Below are positions 61,901 through 64,000 of a stretch of 64,000 bases of DNA, in pieces (the stretch's first letter is position 1; each line of letters begins with the position of its first letter). A model generated the notes under the pieces. It was not told the DNA's origin, did no database searches, and saw only the letters and a list, made by a program, of their open reading frames with translations. A program made the position numbers and the translations under genes. The stretch is from Amphiscolops sp. MND2022. Lineage: Eukaryota. The DNA is taken from contig OZ076421.1 of the NCBI GenBank assembly GCA_964187785.1, positions 4,588,001 to 4,652,000 on the forward strand, written 5' to 3'.

Positions 61901-63345
61901 TGTGTTTTGTCTTAAGAAAGACTTTAAAAGTCAACTTCAATCTTTTACTTTCACGAGTTACATACGAAAATCGGGAGTACTTCTGTTAATAATTAAGTGT
62001 TGATGATCGAGGAAGAAATTCTAAATGTTTAGATTTGAAAGCAGTCTACAGTTTCGCTCGTTTGAAATTTTTTAGTTCTACTATAACATCAAAAGTTCAG
62101 ATGTAGCGCATTAGCTTTGCGGTGCACGTTATTTCGGTGAACACTGTCATGCTACTGCATAAGGTTTTGCATGTTCACAACTCTTCGGCTGAGATTTTTA
62201 TAAGATTCTCATTGCACTTTTATAGCTCCTAAATTGATATTATTTCCAGTCAGAAACGTCAATTTTGATATGAAGAAATCTAGCGTAAGTGCTCATAATG
62301 TAATCAAAACTTTTTTGTCTCAAGAATCTCTTTGACCGTTGAGCTTTAAGACTTTGAAGGTTTTCGACTTAGGAGCCTCAAACGTGCACCACAGAAATGT
62401 ATCAGAAACTTTTCGGTTGGGAGCCAAAAACGTTTCCGAAACCATGAAACCGTTTCTAGTTGAGTGAGGTTTGGTTTTTTAAAATTCCAAGAGCCGTTTG
62501 TTTCACTTGCAACAGGCAACGCTGGAATGTTCAGTTACTTGAACATTTTATCGATCAGATTAAATTGACTCTTATGATGATTAGAAACTTCGAAGTTCAT
62601 TTTTTTGGAAAACAGTTGTGTTGTCAAGATAGTTACTGTTTGTGTATATCTGATCTTGTTGAATCAACTTGCCCAGGTTTCCCCAGTGCACGATATTGTT
62701 GTTAATTCATGAAAAGTATCTATTAAAGTTGAAACGAAACAAAAGGTCGAAACTTGAAAAGGACGGAATGTGAGACACATTCTTCTCCATGTGATATGTT
62801 CAGTTCCGATATAACATCAAAGTTTGAATGTAGCGAATTGATTCTGTTGTAAACGTTATTCCCGTAAATTTATTCAAAGCAGAACATCGGGTTTAAATAT
62901 TGAAAATGAACTTCAATTCATATCTTGATCTGTTTTGCTGAAAGTGATGACAAATGTGTGCGTCGGAAGACTTCTGAAACTTGATGACAGTTCAATGAGA
63001 TGAACATGACTGAATTTCTGTCGCACATTATCGCAATTTATTGAAAACTCAGCGCTTGCTTGTGCAGCACAAAGAACGCAAAGAGATATCTTCACTGAGT
63101 TGGAGTTGATTCAAATATTTTCCAACATTCTATATTTTGAATTGAAATTGAAAAGAAAACTCTATAGCACAAAAAAAACTAATTAGTCGCACCTCACCAG
63201 TTAAAAATCCACCATTAATATTTAGCCAAAACTCTTAAACCTTGAAATCGTTCACAGAACTTTTTTTGCATTGTGCATTTCCTAACTAGAAACTTTTGAA
63301 TTTCAACATGAATTTTCAAGTTTTACGGGTACTTATGAAACTTTT

Positions 63346-63982
63346 TTATTTGATGATTAGGTATTGGTGATCGGGGTTGAAATGCTCAACATTTCCATTG
63401 GTTTTGTTCTCCGAGTTTCCAGCACCCATCTGCGGCACTGCGATGATTCCGTTTTCAGCACCAATTGTTTTTTCTTCTGTTTCTACTAGTGTGCGATGCC
63501 TTGTGAAGGAACTTTTCTCTTCCGAGCACATATCACAAACAGCGGTCAACATCCGAATTCATTCAACTTTGGGTAGAAGATTGAGAATTTTTAGGAGCCC
63601 TCTCTGCATTGAGTTCCAATCAGTGCAGCGATGATGACTATGTTCCTGCTACAGCCAATTGGTCACAAGGCAACAATGTCATCGGAAAATTGTCTTTTGT
63701 CAATGTCCTTCGTCAATGCTTCGTCTGAGCAATCGTTTGGATAATAGAAATGAAAAAAACAAGGTAGCACGTTTCACCTACAACGTCATATTATGCCAGT
63801 TTCTCATAAATTGGATCGTGAGAAACAACATGCGTGGAGCTGTATCTCAAGTCACTTGCGTAATTTACGGCGATGCAAGGTTTTTAGAGATGACTGTATT
63901 GTTTAATCCGACTGAGAAGATCTTTCGTTTTCCCGCTAGACATAGGCCCAATAACTGGTTCAATCGATCGGGATTTGTTCAT
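63346..63982 (-). pseudogene. TK1: Second TK1-like pseudogene, inverted
   Basis: VIGPMSSGKT, CIAVNYASDLRY, same LA*YDVV stop and intron donor, LTAVCDMC; internal deletion and extra stops. Confidence 0.87.
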
Positions 63983-64000
63983 TGTGCGTTTGTTCCAGAG

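Larger units (their letters stand above)
58248..64000. repeat. Large imperfect inverted duplication: arms about 58248-60505 and 61625-64000, ~1.1-kb spacer
   Basis: Collinear anchors: TK copies; GGGAATAACGTTTACAACAGAATC (about 59285 vs 62840-62865); GCTAATGCGCTACATCTGAAC (about 60040 vs 62095-62115); GTCAGATAATTAACAA (about 60445 vs 61665-61685). Confidence 0.88.

Overview
AT-rich eukaryotic (probably animal) genomic DNA made almost entirely of nested, decayed mobile elements. In order: (1) a degraded Ty3/Gypsy element, family 1 (1-5.9 kb), followed by an unexplained antisense ORF; (2) a Polinton/Maverick-like remnant (about 9.2-16.1 kb) with a capsid-protein pseudogene, a protein-primed PolB pseudogene and a 5-unit hairpin array; (3) four copies (A 18.9-30.9 kb, B 31.7-50.0 kb, C 50.0-54.6 kb inverted, D 54.8-55.3 kb remnant) of an unusual giant, G-depleted Gypsy family; (4) microsatellites, a ~155-bp tandem repeat and a large imperfect inverted duplication carrying two intron-containing thymidine kinase pseudogenes (58-64 kb). 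Copy B has both LTRs and spans 18.3 kb: LTR, PBS, an array of covarying Y-shaped RNA hairpins, two small hydrophobic upstream ORFs (the second stop-start coupled to gag-pol), a single-frame gag-pol, a Met-less accessory ORF, a chuvirus/gB-like glycoprotein, two further orphan ORFs, LTR. This enveloped-retroelement architecture and its structured leader array are the best candidate for an undescribed system. All homology calls come from motif recognition by eye; no database searches were run.
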